Of a DNA stretch of 64,000 nt, positions 13,745-27,295 are shown one piece after another (positions within the stretch are counted from its first letter, which is position 1; each line of letters starts with the position of its first letter). Below the pieces are notes generated by a model that saw only the letters and a list, made by a program, of their open reading frames with translations, did no database searches and was not told the DNA's origin. The position numbers and the translations under genes are program-made. Origin of the DNA: the human T2T-CHM13v2.0 reference genome, Homo sapiens; contig CP068257.2 of assembly GCA_009914755.4 (NCBI GenBank), positions 28,448,001-28,512,000 of the forward strand. The letters run 5' to 3'.

Positions 13745-14495
13745 AAATAGGAAAAAGTGCTCAACATCACTAATCATCAGAGAAATGCAAATTAAAACCA
13801 CCATGAGATTCTGTTGCACACCAGGCAGAATGGCTATGATAAAAAAGACAAAAAACAACAGATGCTGGCGAGGCTGTGGAGAAAAGGAATGCTTATGCAC
13901 TGTTTTTGGAGATGTAAATTAGTTCAGCTACTCTGGAAAGCAGTTTGGAGATTTCTTAAATCACTTAAAACAGAGCTGTCATTCAACCCAACAATCCCAT
14001 CACTGGGTGTATATACCCCCCAAAAAATAGATCTTTAGACCAAAAAGACACCACATGCACTTGTTGGTTCATTGTCATGTTATTTGCAATAGCAAAAGAC
14101 ATGAAACCAACCTAGGTGCTCATCAATGGTAGATTGGATGAAGACAATGTGGTACATATACACCATGGAATACTGTGCAGCCATAAAAAGAATGAAATCA
14201 TGTCCTTTGCAGCAACATGGATAGAGCTGGAGGCCATAATCTTAAGCGAATTAACAAAAGAACAGAAAACCAAATACTGCATTTTCTCACTTATAGGTGA
14301 GAACCAACATTGAGCACACATGGACACAAACGTGGGAACAATAGACACTGCAGTCTACAAGAGAAAAGATAGAGGGAGGGGTGTGTGTGTTGAAAACTAT
14401 GGGGTACTATGCTCACTACCTGGGTGCAATATATGTATGTAACAAACTTGCACATATACCGTCCGTATCTAAAATAAAGGTTGAAAATTTTTAAA
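13745..14495 (+). mobile_element. 5'-truncated L1 3' end, older L1PB/L1MA-like
   Basis: The window reads …gctcaacatcactaatcatcagagaaatgcaaattaaaaccaccatgag…gatgctggcgaggctgtggagaaaaggaa…catcaatggtagattggatgaagacaatgtggtacatatacaccatggaatactgtgcagccataaaaagaatgaaatcatgtcctttgcagcaacatggatagagctggaggcc…ggtgtgtgtgttgaaaactatggggtactatgctcactacctgggtgcaatatatgtatgtaacaaacttgcacat. It lacks the young-L1 G-rich 3'UTR stretch. Confidence 0.8.
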
Positions 14496-16170
14496 ATATT
14501 ATGAAAAAGGCAAATTTATTCATACAACTATTTGATGAACATTATTGAGTGTCTGTAATATTCTAGGCCTTGGGGATATTGTAATTTTAAAAAGGCAAAA
14601 ACCCCTGCCCTCATGGAAGTTTAGTAAAGCAATAGACTATGAACAAGGTAAATTACTGACATATATAACATATTAGCTAGATAAAAATTCGAAAGAGATT
14701 TAAAAAAACAGGGAGAACAAATCAAGTGGCAGGGATTGAAATTTTAGGTTGGGAGGCTAAGGAAGGGTTCCTTGGGGTAGTGACTTTAGCATTAACATTG
14801 AAAAAAGTGAGCTTATCTCCTACAATACAGGGATCATATTCCAAATACATGGTAAAAAATACAACCTGGGTAAGCACAGACCTATCTGATGAATCAAAAT
14901 AGAGGCTGTTTTCACCTCATCCTCAATTCACCATCATCCTTTCTCTGACCTTCTCCCACCTCCTCTAAAGCTAGGTACCCTCATTTTGTCAGGTTTCTTT
15001 GGCCACAAGGAAAAGATTCCAATGAAGTTGTCATCACATAATTCACAGAATGAAACGGAAGCCACATCTACAGAGCAAGGCTCAGAAACAGACCAAGAAC
15101 CAGAGCATTGGGGACCATTTGACTCTCTTGTCAAAGCCCTGCCTCTTGTAGAAATAAACTGAATCATTATTTCCCAGTTTGTATGGCATTCATCTTCATA
15201 TCCACAGTCTACAGAGAGACAATCTGTCTGTGCACATGGCCCTTCCTTGGCTGTACTGTCACACAACAAGGAAGCACTAGGCAGGAGGAACAGCTTAAGC
15301 TTTTGTAGAGGCAGTACCTCTAGAAATAGAAACCCATCCAGAGCGTACACAACGCAGGCAGCTAATGTTCACTACGGTCATGATTCCTCCCAGCTCTGCA
15401 GACTCCACATCAATATCTACTAGCATCTGGTTTAATTTCCTTAGACCAATTTTTTTTTCTATTAGTATGTTTTATAAACTTTTCTGTCGTAATGAACTGG
15501 CAAATGTAATGAGTTTTACATCAAATACCTACTCTTACAATGAATCCCACTGACTGACTTAGGTTGGGAAACACATTTTTCTTTTCAGGATTTCTTTAGC
15601 TGTGTAGCTGGGCTGGAAGGCTGCGGTTGGCTGAAGGCCGACTCCTGTGATTGACGGAAAGGAAACAGCCATTGAAAGAGGAGGAGCAAGAAAATTGGCA
15701 CTAGTTGCCTACTTAAAGCTAAAAATTAGAAAAATAAATTAATAAGAACTTTCAAAATGTGTACATGATCTTTTTTTATTGACTAGAAAACTTCATTTTT
15801 TGAAACTTTGTGCAGTTTGTTTTTCGTAACAGTTTTCTGATCTCAGTGACCTCTTCTTTCTCTGCAGTCGACTTTGTGGAAAGCCTGATCCGGTTCCCAC
15901 AGGAGCTTATGCAGCAGTGGCATTTGCAGTAGGTGGTGACGGTATTTCTAAAAATTTCTGTCTGTGCTGGAAAATAAGACATCGGCACTGACATTTCCAA
16001 TTTGAGAACAATTGTGCTTCATTAATTCTGTATTATAAATGCCACTCCTGGATTTGGTTTTCTTTGATTTTTTTCTGATCCATTCATTTCAATAATACTC
16101 TTTTCTATAGAACTATCTCATCTTTATTTTTGGTTGTTTATGCTGGTATCTTTCCACAGACCCTTTTTTG

Positions 16171-16278
16171 TGATTGTATATTATTTAACTTATCTGTAGA
16201 AAGTAGTGATTGTATATTATTTAACTTATCTGTAGAAAGTAGTGATTGTATATTATTTAACTTATCTGTAGAAAGTAT
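16171..16278. repeat. Perfect 36-bp x3 tandem array of unit tgattgtatattatttaacttatctgtagaaagtag
   Basis: Three head-to-tail copies are read directly. Copies 1 and 2 are identical. Copy 3 differs at its last base. In-frame ORFs on both strands are a periodicity artefact. Confidence 0.9.
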
Positions 16279-17299
16279 GAGTTGTGGTATTATACATTGT
16301 CTCTGCTTCGGGGTCACGGGCATGTGTTTTAGGTTTAAAAATGCTAATTTTTAATGCATTTATTCATAGTATTAGAATATAAAGGTGGTAAATCTAGGCT
16401 GAAATATAACTATTCTTGGGAAATGTATACATATTTCAATTTACTGATGTTGCAATCAAATAAGTAGTCTTTTTATTCAAACAAATGATTAGATAGAAAT
16501 ACTAAAATACAAAATATATATTTATAAATTGATTAATTTTGCCTCCCTACCTGAACACTGAGTCTTTCTATTTGAAATTGATGCCCATAACCTCTGAGGG
16601 GGATGGCAGATGTTGGGAATTCTTGAAGTACCAATGTGTTGACTTTGGAGATTCTGGAGGAAATTTTCTGTCCCTAATCATTTTTGTCCTTATTCTCTCC
16701 AGTAGCTGAGACCTGTGAGATTCTGACTCTCATCCCTAGCAGTGTGGACCGCAAAATCACTCTCTAGCGATTTGTTAGACGCCAAATATCTGAGCCTCAC
16801 TCAGAATGTTGTGAATCATAATATCTGGGTCTTAGTTTATACATTAAAAAAATCTCAGATGAATCTTGTGTTCACTAAAGTGTTGAAACTATTTAAAAAT
16901 AGTCATCTTTCCCCATAATGATAGTATTCAAATGCCAAATTCAGGTATTTTCTCCCTGTCTCTGAAACCTATCATGAAAGTAATCTTAAAAACAGCCAAC
17001 ATATTGAGTAGTTGATTCAACATCAAGTCAGTCTTGTTATTCCCTTCTTGTCCTTTGGTGTCTCCAGACAGTATCCATTATGCCTTATAACCTGCCTAGT
17101 AACCTTGTCTCTGGAAAGCTTGGACTCAACCATGCAATTCCTGAGACTGCATTCCTCCTTATGGCCTAGCTCCTAGATATCTTTCTGTTTTTAATTCTTC
17201 ACCTACGCTCAGGTTAACTTTGTTGGAACAAGATACTTCAAGATTTGGCCAGAGTGCCATATATTATAGGAAGCACTCTTCAATCTCAGGCTGAGCAAT

Positions 17300-17520
17300 T
17301 TGCTCCTTCTCTGAGGGCCCACCTATTCATTCCACCGAATCAACTTTGTTCACATTTGATTGCATTGCCAGTTGATTTTTAGGGTAGACTTTCTCACTGG
17401 ACAATGAATGGCCCTAGTGCTGGGATCTGGTATGAGTTCTTGCTTTCTTGGAGCCTAGGGACTACTTGGCACCCAGTAAGCACATCGCAAAGACTTGTTA
17501 CACTAAAAGGAATTGAGGCA
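17300..17520 (+). mobile_element. MIR-like SINE fragment, 3' tail region
   Basis: The window has …ggactacttggcacccagtaagcacatcgcaaagacttgtt…, against the MIR tail …agtgcctggcacatagtaagcgctcaataaatgtt…. The match is weak. Confidence 0.3.
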
Positions 17521-20500
17521 ACTGGTTTCTGTGCCAGAGTCTAGTTATGAAGCAAGATCTGATCTATTTTGCCATCTAATTCTAATCTGAGCTCTTTGAT
17601 CATAACTTAACATATTGAAGAATAAAAGAGTCTCAGGACCATTTCGTTCTCTGACTAGATAATATTTACTTTAATATTTCAAAGAATTGAGAGCTCCCAT
17701 TTTCTTTAGATGTAACGACAGTCCATGATATAAAATAAACTAATTATTGTTGAAGTCTAATTTTCAATTTGAGTGAAAGAAAATGAGACTTAAAAAAAAT
17801 CTTTTTCAAGGCTCTGGCATAACAATAGTAATTATTTTCTTTTCACTGATTAAGTTAGAGAGCACTGACATTTTTGGTCTACAAATGAGCCTCAGGTGAG
17901 CACAACAGGTTTGAAAATAGTAATGTGATAATGGCTTCCAAAACAAACAGACATCTGAGTTTTCTTGAACTCTTATAAGTTCGCTATTCTGGAAATTCTG
18001 CATTTGGCTTGCCTAAAATGTGATATGTAAATTACAAAAGACAAGTTGAAGTTAATGCTGCATATTTCTCTTCTTTAAAACATATCTATGCTTACATGTG
18101 TCATCAAAATGAGGTATTGCAAGATAGTCCTATAACTAAACGTTAGCAATGAAAAGAATGTAATTGCAAAACCATGCTAATTACTTCTGTTTTTAAAACT
18201 ACCGAATGATTTATTATCTTACTAAGTATATTTTAATAATTAGATCTTCTAAAAATTTAAATTTAAATCTCTAATTTAGGGCAGTCTATATAATTCTGGT
18301 TGGAGTAAAACTAGTACAAAGTTTCAGAGAAAAATTTGGCAAAATGTATAAAAAGACAAGTATACACATTCTTATAAGTTCCTATCTATTGAGGTATCCT
18401 AAAATGTGTTCCATGATGGGAAAAGTTTTTGATAAACACATTTATTGCTGATTTTTAATTATTGTTCCAACAAGAAAAAAAAAATGAAAAGTTCAGCAGT
18501 TGAGTAAGATTACCACTCAGTGAAGGGTTTGTGGTTAGTATTAAATTTCTTTTAACGTCTTTTCTATCTTTTTGAAAACAGTTATGATGCAACATTTATT
18601 TCTTTGGCAATCAAAAACACGTAAAACAGCTTTACTATTTTATTTGAAAATATAATGAATTAACAGTTTACTGGAAGCAGTTTTTAATGAGTGGTTCTAT
18701 TAAGTACTAAAAATGTCCATAAATCACCATGTTAGGTGCTGTGTCTTGAGCAGTTGATTGATCTTTTAGAGTTAGCAGTTGTAGGGACAGCATAAACCAA
18801 ATCAATAAAGGTTTACTGGACATTATACCTAATACCAAGCTCCAGGATGTATTCGTAAGTCAGAAAAACCTACTCTTCCAAGAAATTACAACTCTTAGCT
18901 ACCTCCAAGTTACCTTTTCATTGCACAATAAGTCACACACACATTTTAATTATATATATTCAACAACTCGAAGAATGGTGGCTGTCAGTTTCATCCATAC
19001 TTCTTATGAAAGGGTATGTGTGAGACATAATAGAGAAATATATGTAGTTATCACAACATTCTGTGAAAGGGAATAATTTTCTTTTTCTTGGCAATAACAA
19101 ATGGGTCATATTCTATCTATGTCTCTCTGTCTTTGTCTATGTTTATCTATCTATCAATCTACCTATCTACTCATAAGAATTCTTGAAAGGACTCTGATTG
19201 GTAATATGTGCAAGTCTTTATAATCCAGAAACTATATTCAAACAGAATTTCACATGCAATCTGATATCCATTTTCTCACTCCCTTTAAAGATAACATCTT
19301 GTAATGTATGGGTTAAGAACATTATTTGTTTTCACTGAACCTATTAATTTGTCCTCTCCTTAGTACACTTCAACTTGGGTGGTTCTTTCTCTACCCCTGG
19401 GTCACAGTTTCACTGCTACTTACTGGTCACTCTAGTTTATTCAAACATTATTCTCCAGAATGATGTGCCCCTGGAAAACTATCCAGTAAGGAGAAGGGCT
19501 GAGGTGGGACTCCTCTTTTCCTTGTACCAGGTTATGCAGAGAGGCGTGTGTTTATTTCCCTACTAAAGAGGTAAGTTAGTTATAAAGGAGAATGCTAAAG
19601 TGTATTTAAGGTCAAGAATGTTCTCTAGTGTCCCCTTCCCACCCTCTCATTTCGGATCTAGCATCCTTGGCTCTCCAGTTCAAACTTTCCTCACTAAAAT
19701 GCCATCTATTTCAAGTTCATCTGTGTCAATCTTCAGCACCTTTCTCCCAAAATTGGTTGCCATTGGGAAGTAGCTCTTGGCCCACACAAGTGATCAAAAC
19801 TGCAGGCCCTGGAACTCAAATATTTCTTTATTTTATTTGGCTGAGTCTATTTTTTAAAAAAGAAGAAACCAACGTTTCACAGTAAGAGAAATTTTAGATA
19901 AAAATCCGAGTATCTTGACTCTTGTAGAAAACCCAGAAACTCGGACAATAATTCACCAGAGTGGAGTAGGAGCTGGGTCCTGTTGATAGAGAAGTTGCTT
20001 CACTCATTTGTTTGCCCGTTTCCTAGAAGCATCTGGGTTTGAGACCTTTGCCAGGGACTCCTCCTCCTATCCATCTACATTAAAGTTACAACCATCCAGT
20101 TTGTACTGCTCCCTCTGCATTCAGACCTGGCGGTCACAGTGAATTTTAGTTTATGACCCAAGTTAAAGAAAACATTGGAAGGAAAAGCAGGAAGAAAGGA
20201 AGGCCAGTTTACTCCTAGTGAGTGAAACTACTAATACATACATAAACACACACACACACATACACACACACAACCTTCTAAGGGCTAAAATTAACATACA
20301 AAAGCCTAAGTAACAAAAAATTTTAGCAAGCCCCATTTTCGTTTCTTTTGTTTTTCATTTTGTTGCCTCCTGAAAAAGTGAAGCTGCTATATTTCCATTC
20401 CAGCCAAGCCTCCCTTAAGTTCTGTAGGTCTCCTCAGTCTCCCACTCAACCTCAGGGCTGGAGCTACAAGAAGATAATCGTTCAGCTACTTCCATTCTTT

Positions 20501-20697
20501 CATAATACATGTAAAAATATTTTTAATACCACACAAAATAAAGAATATAAAGTAAGGATAAAAGAACAGATTCAGATATAAAATCCTATTTCTTCTCATT
20601 ATGGAATTGGTAGAAAACGTTATATCTAAGTTTTCCTCTTGCTTTTTTAAGTGCCCCACCCTGCTCTTTCCTGAGGTTGATCTATGCTGGGATGTTA

Positions 20698-20799
20698 CTA
20701 GGTTGGTGCAAAAGTAATTGCAGTTTTGCCATTATTTTTAATTTAATTTAATCAATTATGTTTAATGGCAAAACAGCAATTACTTTTGCACCAACCTAA
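20698..20799. mobile_element. MADE1, the Hsmar1-derived mariner MITE, forming a palindrome with about 36-bp terminal inverted repeats
   Basis: The left arm ctaggttggtgcaaaagtaattgcagttttgccatt and right arm aatggcaaaacagcaattacttttgcaccaacctaa are near-perfect reverse complements. They match the MADE1 terminal repeat TTAGGTTGGTGCAAAAGTAATTGCGGTTTTTGCCATT. The AT-rich loop is about 30 bp. Confidence 0.85.
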
Positions 20800-23425
20800 C
20801 AGCTTTTTATGCAAGGTCCTATTGCATAACATGTGCTGTGGATATGTTCTCAGGCTGTGTGTGCCATTGTTGACACTTCCCTTTCAGCATCAGGACTCTG
20901 CTATTGTTAAGGAGGTTTGTTTTCTCCAACAGCCTTGACAAAACGATGGCTTGCTGCGTTCATTATTCATCTGGGAGAGCTCCAGTTCTGTGTCTTGCAA
21001 ATCTGAGAGTTCAGCCGTGTGTGTCCAGCGCTTGTTTTTCTCTCTGTGCCCTGCACTGATGGGAAAGCAGGCTCCGCAGTCTCTAATGAAGAAGGGCAAT
21101 GTCCTGCTGGGTACAATGGAGAGAGAAAAATATCACAGGAACTGTAGCTCCATATAAGGCCTTCATTTAACCTCTTCATTAGCCACCTCATGCTCACTAT
21201 CAAGTGTGTTACAAAAGGATTGAGTCTTCCTGACTATGCTTTTGGAGTCAATTTAAAAAAAAAAAAAAACTGTTCCTTGCTAGTATAAGAATTACATTAT
21301 CTTGATCTAAAATATTTTTTGAACCTATTCAAAGAAGACTATGCTTTTAACTGAACGTTTTGTCCTTCTGGTTCCCCTTACAAACCTGAGAGAGAATTTT
21401 CAGAAAATGGGAGGTTAGGAAATAGGGCTGTATTGATATGAAGGCCAGGTGGTCATAGGCAGGGACTTCAGAGGATCCAGTGAATAAGAGACTCTGTAAC
21501 AGTGTTAAATGCTTAATCTTCCTGAAGACATTGATGTCACACGTACTAAAATCTATAGAAGTAGTGGTAGAGGGCAGCAAATAAGTTTCTTCATTGAAAA
21601 GGTGGCATGGAAGCTCACTGGGTTACAGAGAGTAAAACGGATGCCGGTGTACGGGAGCCCGAGAAGCAAGTGTTACAAGCTGTTAGCACTGTAATGACCC
21701 AGAAGCTAACAGCCCACAAAGAAGAAGCATGCAGAGATCTCAATGTCTTGGGTGATAGCAAGAGTCAGAGATAAACTCTGAAACTGTGTGGTAGCAGCAA
21801 AGACTGTAATCCTCTTAGGAAGAAATCTAGGCACCTATTCAACCTAGAGTGCAAAAACATGGCAGCCAGAAGAGCTACATTTGGGAACACATAAAAGCCC
21901 TTTGGAAAAGCCATGGCATGGGCAGTGTTTGATCCAGGTAGCGCTTTCCGTGAGTCTGGTAGCATGAACACGGCATGGTGTGATACAGAAGACCGACGTG
22001 GTTTTGAGGCTTCCTTTCTGCTATATTTTCAAGCTGGTAGAGATTAGTAAAATATAGCCTACCATAATAAAGTAATAGCATAATTTAGCATCGATGTAAT
22101 GGAAAATGTCCCCGTTTTATGTTTTGTGGAAACAAAAGGTTTACATTGATATTAATCCCTTAATTTTATTAGTTTGGAGTCTCCCTCTAGATATTTCAGA
22201 ATTTAATTTCTTTTCTCAGAGTTTCCCTCAATTGTATTTAGGAAAACCTCTTATGTTTTCTTCTTAGAAGCCAAGAACAATAAGGAACGTTCTGGAAATA
22301 ATTGACTAAAGCCACTATGCTAGTTCCTCCATGAGTAAGCTGTTCAGCCAGGTAGAATGACATTCCCATGATTCCACTGAGCAAAGTATTTCTCTAGAGG
22401 TAGCTACCTAGATGTTTCAGGCTGGCACGGTTCTATGATAAACTATGGTTGGATGGAGGGAATGACCCACTGCTTGACTGTAACTTAAAGGTTCTCATCT
22501 AGACTCTAGAAGGCAGCAGTTCTAAGTCTGTGTGTTTCCATTCCCTTGTCCAACAAATCCTGTAGTTTTATCCAATATCTTTCTTCCTATATGCGATCAG
22601 AACAAGACTCTCGGATTAAAAGAAAAACAAAACAAAAAGAAATCAGTCTGTTCTGCCTTGAAATCACCTTTCTAGTGTACCTAAGCCTGAAACAAGAAGA
22701 ATAACAATGTCATCATCAACAAACACCTGTACTCTCCCTGACAAAAACATATATTAATTAAAGAAGACTAAAACAAAACAAAATACAAAAGAAAAACAGA
22801 GACCTTCTCCATTATAGCATAGAAAAATCTTAGGGTGGAATAGGGTCTTCCTTTTCTTAAATTCAAATAGCTTCTGCTTAGGCTCACTGAAGCTCACCTT
22901 GCTTACCTAAAGTAGCTCACTTTAACTCTGATTTCTCTCATACTGTTTATACACTGAATGTATAAACTTAGTCTTCTTAGTCCGGTTTCCTTGATTTTGA
23001 TTTCTTTTTTTCCTGCTTTTCTTATCTCACTGCAGCATTCTCCTCTTGTTTGAAGTTTCTCCTTTATCAATTTCTATGTATTATTTTCTGTAACATATGC
23101 ACTTGAGAACAACTTTAATACTTGAAGTCTCCTGTGTGCCTGTAGATCAGGAAAAATTCTAGGTTATGAGTAATGGAAAAAATTCAAGATTTCTTACAGT
23201 GAAAAGGGAAAGGCTGGGAAAAACAGGCAAAATATGAAGAGTTCTAGAGTGTTTATTTTTCTCATAATAAAGTTCATGTTCATAAAAATGTCTGGATTAA
23301 CTGGCACTGCTTTTGTGAACTTGATCTCCAACCAGCTTCTTATTGTTATAAAATATACTCAGGATTCAAAGTCTAGAGGGAAAGCCTGAGCTTGCCTAAT
23401 CCTCATTCAAATGCTTGCTACCTGA

Positions 23426-23742
<317 letters not shown>

Positions 23743-23763
23743 TCCCATTTGAAATGGTCACTA

Positions 23764-24190
<427 letters not shown>

Positions 24191-24221
24191 CTATAAAATA
24201 ACTATTTTATAAAAATTGCTG

Positions 24222-24400
24222 AGTAAGATGGCACATGTCTGTAGTCCCAGCTACTAGGAGGCCGAGGTGGGTGCATTGCTTGAGCCCAGGAGTTTGAGGC
24301 TGCAGTGAGCTACAATCACACCACCGTACTCCAGCCTGGGTGACAGAGCAAGACCTTGTCTCAAAAAAAAAAAAAAAAAAAAAAGAAAGAAAGAAAATGA
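24222..24400 (+). mobile_element. Alu right-half fragment with a poly(A)/(GAAA)n tail
   Basis: gtctgtagtcccagctactaggaggccgaggtgggtgcattgcttgagcccaggagtttgaggctgcagtgagctacaatcacaccaccgtactccagcctgggtgacagagcaagaccttgtctcaaaaaaaaa…. Confidence 0.85.
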
Positions 24401-25142
24401 CCATGGCCATTACTTCCAAAGTCTATACATAAAAAGGATTCCTTCAAGAGGAATATTGAATAATAAGAAAGATTTGGTATTGAATGGCTAAAAACTGGCA
24501 ATTACTCACCAAAAATGTAATTTTAATTGTACTTTATTATGGAAAATATTATACAACTATCAAATATATTATTAAACATTTTAAAAATTTGATTAGATGT
24601 TCTGTCTTTAGCATCCAACTAAATAAAGCTTGCATGATTATTATCAGACTAAGGGAAATTTTAGTATAAACACCTGTACATCTTTAACATTTCTCTTTTT
24701 CATATAAACTTCATAATAACTATTTTCATAGTTATAATATTTTATCAAATAGATAAGATATAATTTGCTTATAATCTACCACCTCAGCCCAGGCTCACGG
24801 TGTCAAACACAGGCTAATATTTATTTATTTTGTTGACATGGATAATAATATAAAAACTATTTTTATTTATATAGTCCTTTTCCTACTTTTAGATTATAAG
24901 ATAATCTCCTACAGGAGAAATTACAGTGTTAAATGTCGTAAACATGTTAAACCTTGATCAGTATTGGTACATTACTTTCTAAATACATTCAACATTTCTA
25001 AGCTTGTTTTGAATAAGGCTGTGCAAAAATAAGGTAGATAAAATGGCTGAAACTTCAATTAAGGGAATAGATGTACTATATATGGCCATAGAGAGAAAGA
25101 GAAGCTGCTTGCCTTAAGCTCTACAGAGGGCTCAACAAGCTT

Positions 25143-25167
25143 ACACACACACACACACACACACACT
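25143..25167. repeat. (CA)n microsatellite
   Basis: acacacacacacacacacacacac. Confidence 0.9.
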
Positions 25168-26094
25168 CCCATTACACTATAAAGAAAAATAATCTGCATC
25201 TGATATATGGTATAGTTGTATGATAATCTTGGCAGAAATCTGGACTTAATGCTCATAAGTAGTAACATGCTAGCACTTCATTACATATTATTGACTTTGA
25301 CTCATATTTGCTGCAAAAAAATATTCCAAAACCATTTGCAACTGAATAAAGCATTCAGTTTGCATGTTGGGAAAACTATTAAAAGTCGCTGCATGAAATT
25401 AAGGAAACCTCTGAGTTTATGAGGCTGCTTATCACATTTAAAGTTGACAGTATGGTTCTTAGGAGGCAGCAGAATGATTATGGTAAAACACTGTAGGTAG
25501 TAAGAGAACTTAAATGCCAAAGATCATTTTACCCAGGAAAAGAGGTAGAGAGGGAGTAATGAAACTAAAGGCTAGACCTAAAACTTCAAGCTTTATTCTT
25601 TCAGAGCAATTTCCTTTTTTTAAATGTACAGAAAAAGAAGTACTTAAAATAATTAATAGAACATTCTGTAAGTAATTCAATTATGCTAAAATTACTTTGA
25701 CTGTCTCTCTGCACTCTCACAGTATTTGGGTAGGTTCACATAGGATGAAGAAGAGAATTCTAAGTCAGAATGTTAAGAGTTAATGTTTCCTTTAAATACC
25801 AGAGCTTGCCTTTGTGATTTATGAAAATGGAACAAGATTGTGGGATCTTTGAAAATAGAGTCAATATCATATTTATTCAATATTCTTTTTTTTTGACCCA
25901 GCTCTATATTTATTTAAAAGACTGTTTCTCCACTGTTCTGCAGTACGGCATTCATCATGAAGTCAGCATTCATATGTGATCAATACGTTCTCTGTTCTTT
26001 TCAACTTCAGTCAATTTGCCCATCTTTGCGTCACTATCACACTATCTTTACTTCGATAGCTCTACAGGTCTTAATATCTGGTTGAATAAATTCT

Positions 26095-27295
26095 CCATAG
26101 TTGTTTTTCTTTCTCAAAAATTTGTTTAACAGCTTTATTGAGCTATAACTCACATACCATAAAATTCATCTATTTAAATTATACAATTGAATTTATATGA
26201 TGTATAGTTATAGATATGTGCAACCATGACTACTCCTAGTTTTAGAACATTTTCATCACCACATGAAGAAATCTTGTACTTTTAAGTTATCAGCCCCTAC
26301 ATTCCCATCCTTTCTCCAGCCCTAAGCAACTCTAATCTACTTTCTATCTCTATTCTGGACTTTCATATGAATGTAATTATATACTGGACTTTCATATTAA
26401 TGTATATAATTAAGTAATATAATATGATTATATAATGTGTGATCTTCTGTAATCGGCTCCTTTCACTTTGCCTGGTTTCAAGGTTCATCCATATTGTACC
26501 ATGTATCAGTACTTTCTTTTTTATGGAAAAATTACATTCCATTTTATCATAGTCTACATTTTGATTATCCATTTATTCGTTGATGGACATTTGAGATGTT
26601 TCTACCTATTGGCTATTAATACTGAATAATACTGTTATAAACATATGTGTACGTGTTTTCATTTGTACATATAGGTTTCATTTCTCTTGGGTATGTACGA
26701 AGGACGAGAATTGCTGGGTCATATGGTAGCTCTATGTCTAATTGTTCACAGAACTGCCAGATGTTTTTCATCCCCATTTCCCAGCAACAATGTATAGGGA
26801 CTCAATTTCTTTATATCATCACAAACACTTGTTATTATCTACTTTGATTCTAGCCATCCCAGTTCGTAAGAAGTATTATCTCATTGTGGTTTTTATTTGC
26901 ATTTCTCTGATGACTAATGTTGTTAAGTATCTTTTTATGTGCTTATTAGCCAGTTGTGTATCTTCCTTGGAGAAATGTCTATACAAATACTTTGCACTTT
27001 TTAAATTGTGTTTTTAATTATTGAGTTGTAGAGTTCTTTGTATATTCTGGATATAAGTTTTCTATCATATATAATTTGCATATATTTTCTATTATTTGGA
27101 TTGTCTTTTCACTTTCCTGACAGTGCCTTTTGAAAAACAGAAGTTTTTAATTGTGATAAAGTCCAATTTTTCTATTTTTTCTTTTGTTGATTATGCTTTC
27201 GGTGTCATATCTAAGAAACTTTTGCCAAATGTAAGATCATAAACATTTACCCATGTGTCTTTTGTCTTTTTCATTCTTGCATACAAATATAATTT
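26095..27295 (-). mobile_element. Old L1 (L1M-type) ORF2 3' region and 3' end. The L1 sense strand is on the - strand.
   Basis: The + strand reads as the L1 antisense. The window has …tttgtttaacagctttattgagctataactcacataccataaaattc…tgtgcaaccatgactactcc…ttcactttgcctggtttcaaggttcatccatattgtaccatgtatcag…ccatttattcgttgatggacatttgag…gtattatctcattgtggtttttatttgcatttctctgatgactaatgttgttaagtatctttttatgtgcttattagccagttgtgtatcttccttggagaaatgtctatacaaatactttgcac…. ORF 26742-27017 is the familiar antisense-L1 'ICISLM' pseudo-peptide. Confidence 0.7.

Noticed and set aside
16171-16278. Tandem direct repeats as a CRISPR array
   Set aside because: The host is eukaryotic. The units are contiguous with no unique spacers. 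The unit is AT-rich and 36 bp long with no cas context. It is a minisatellite.
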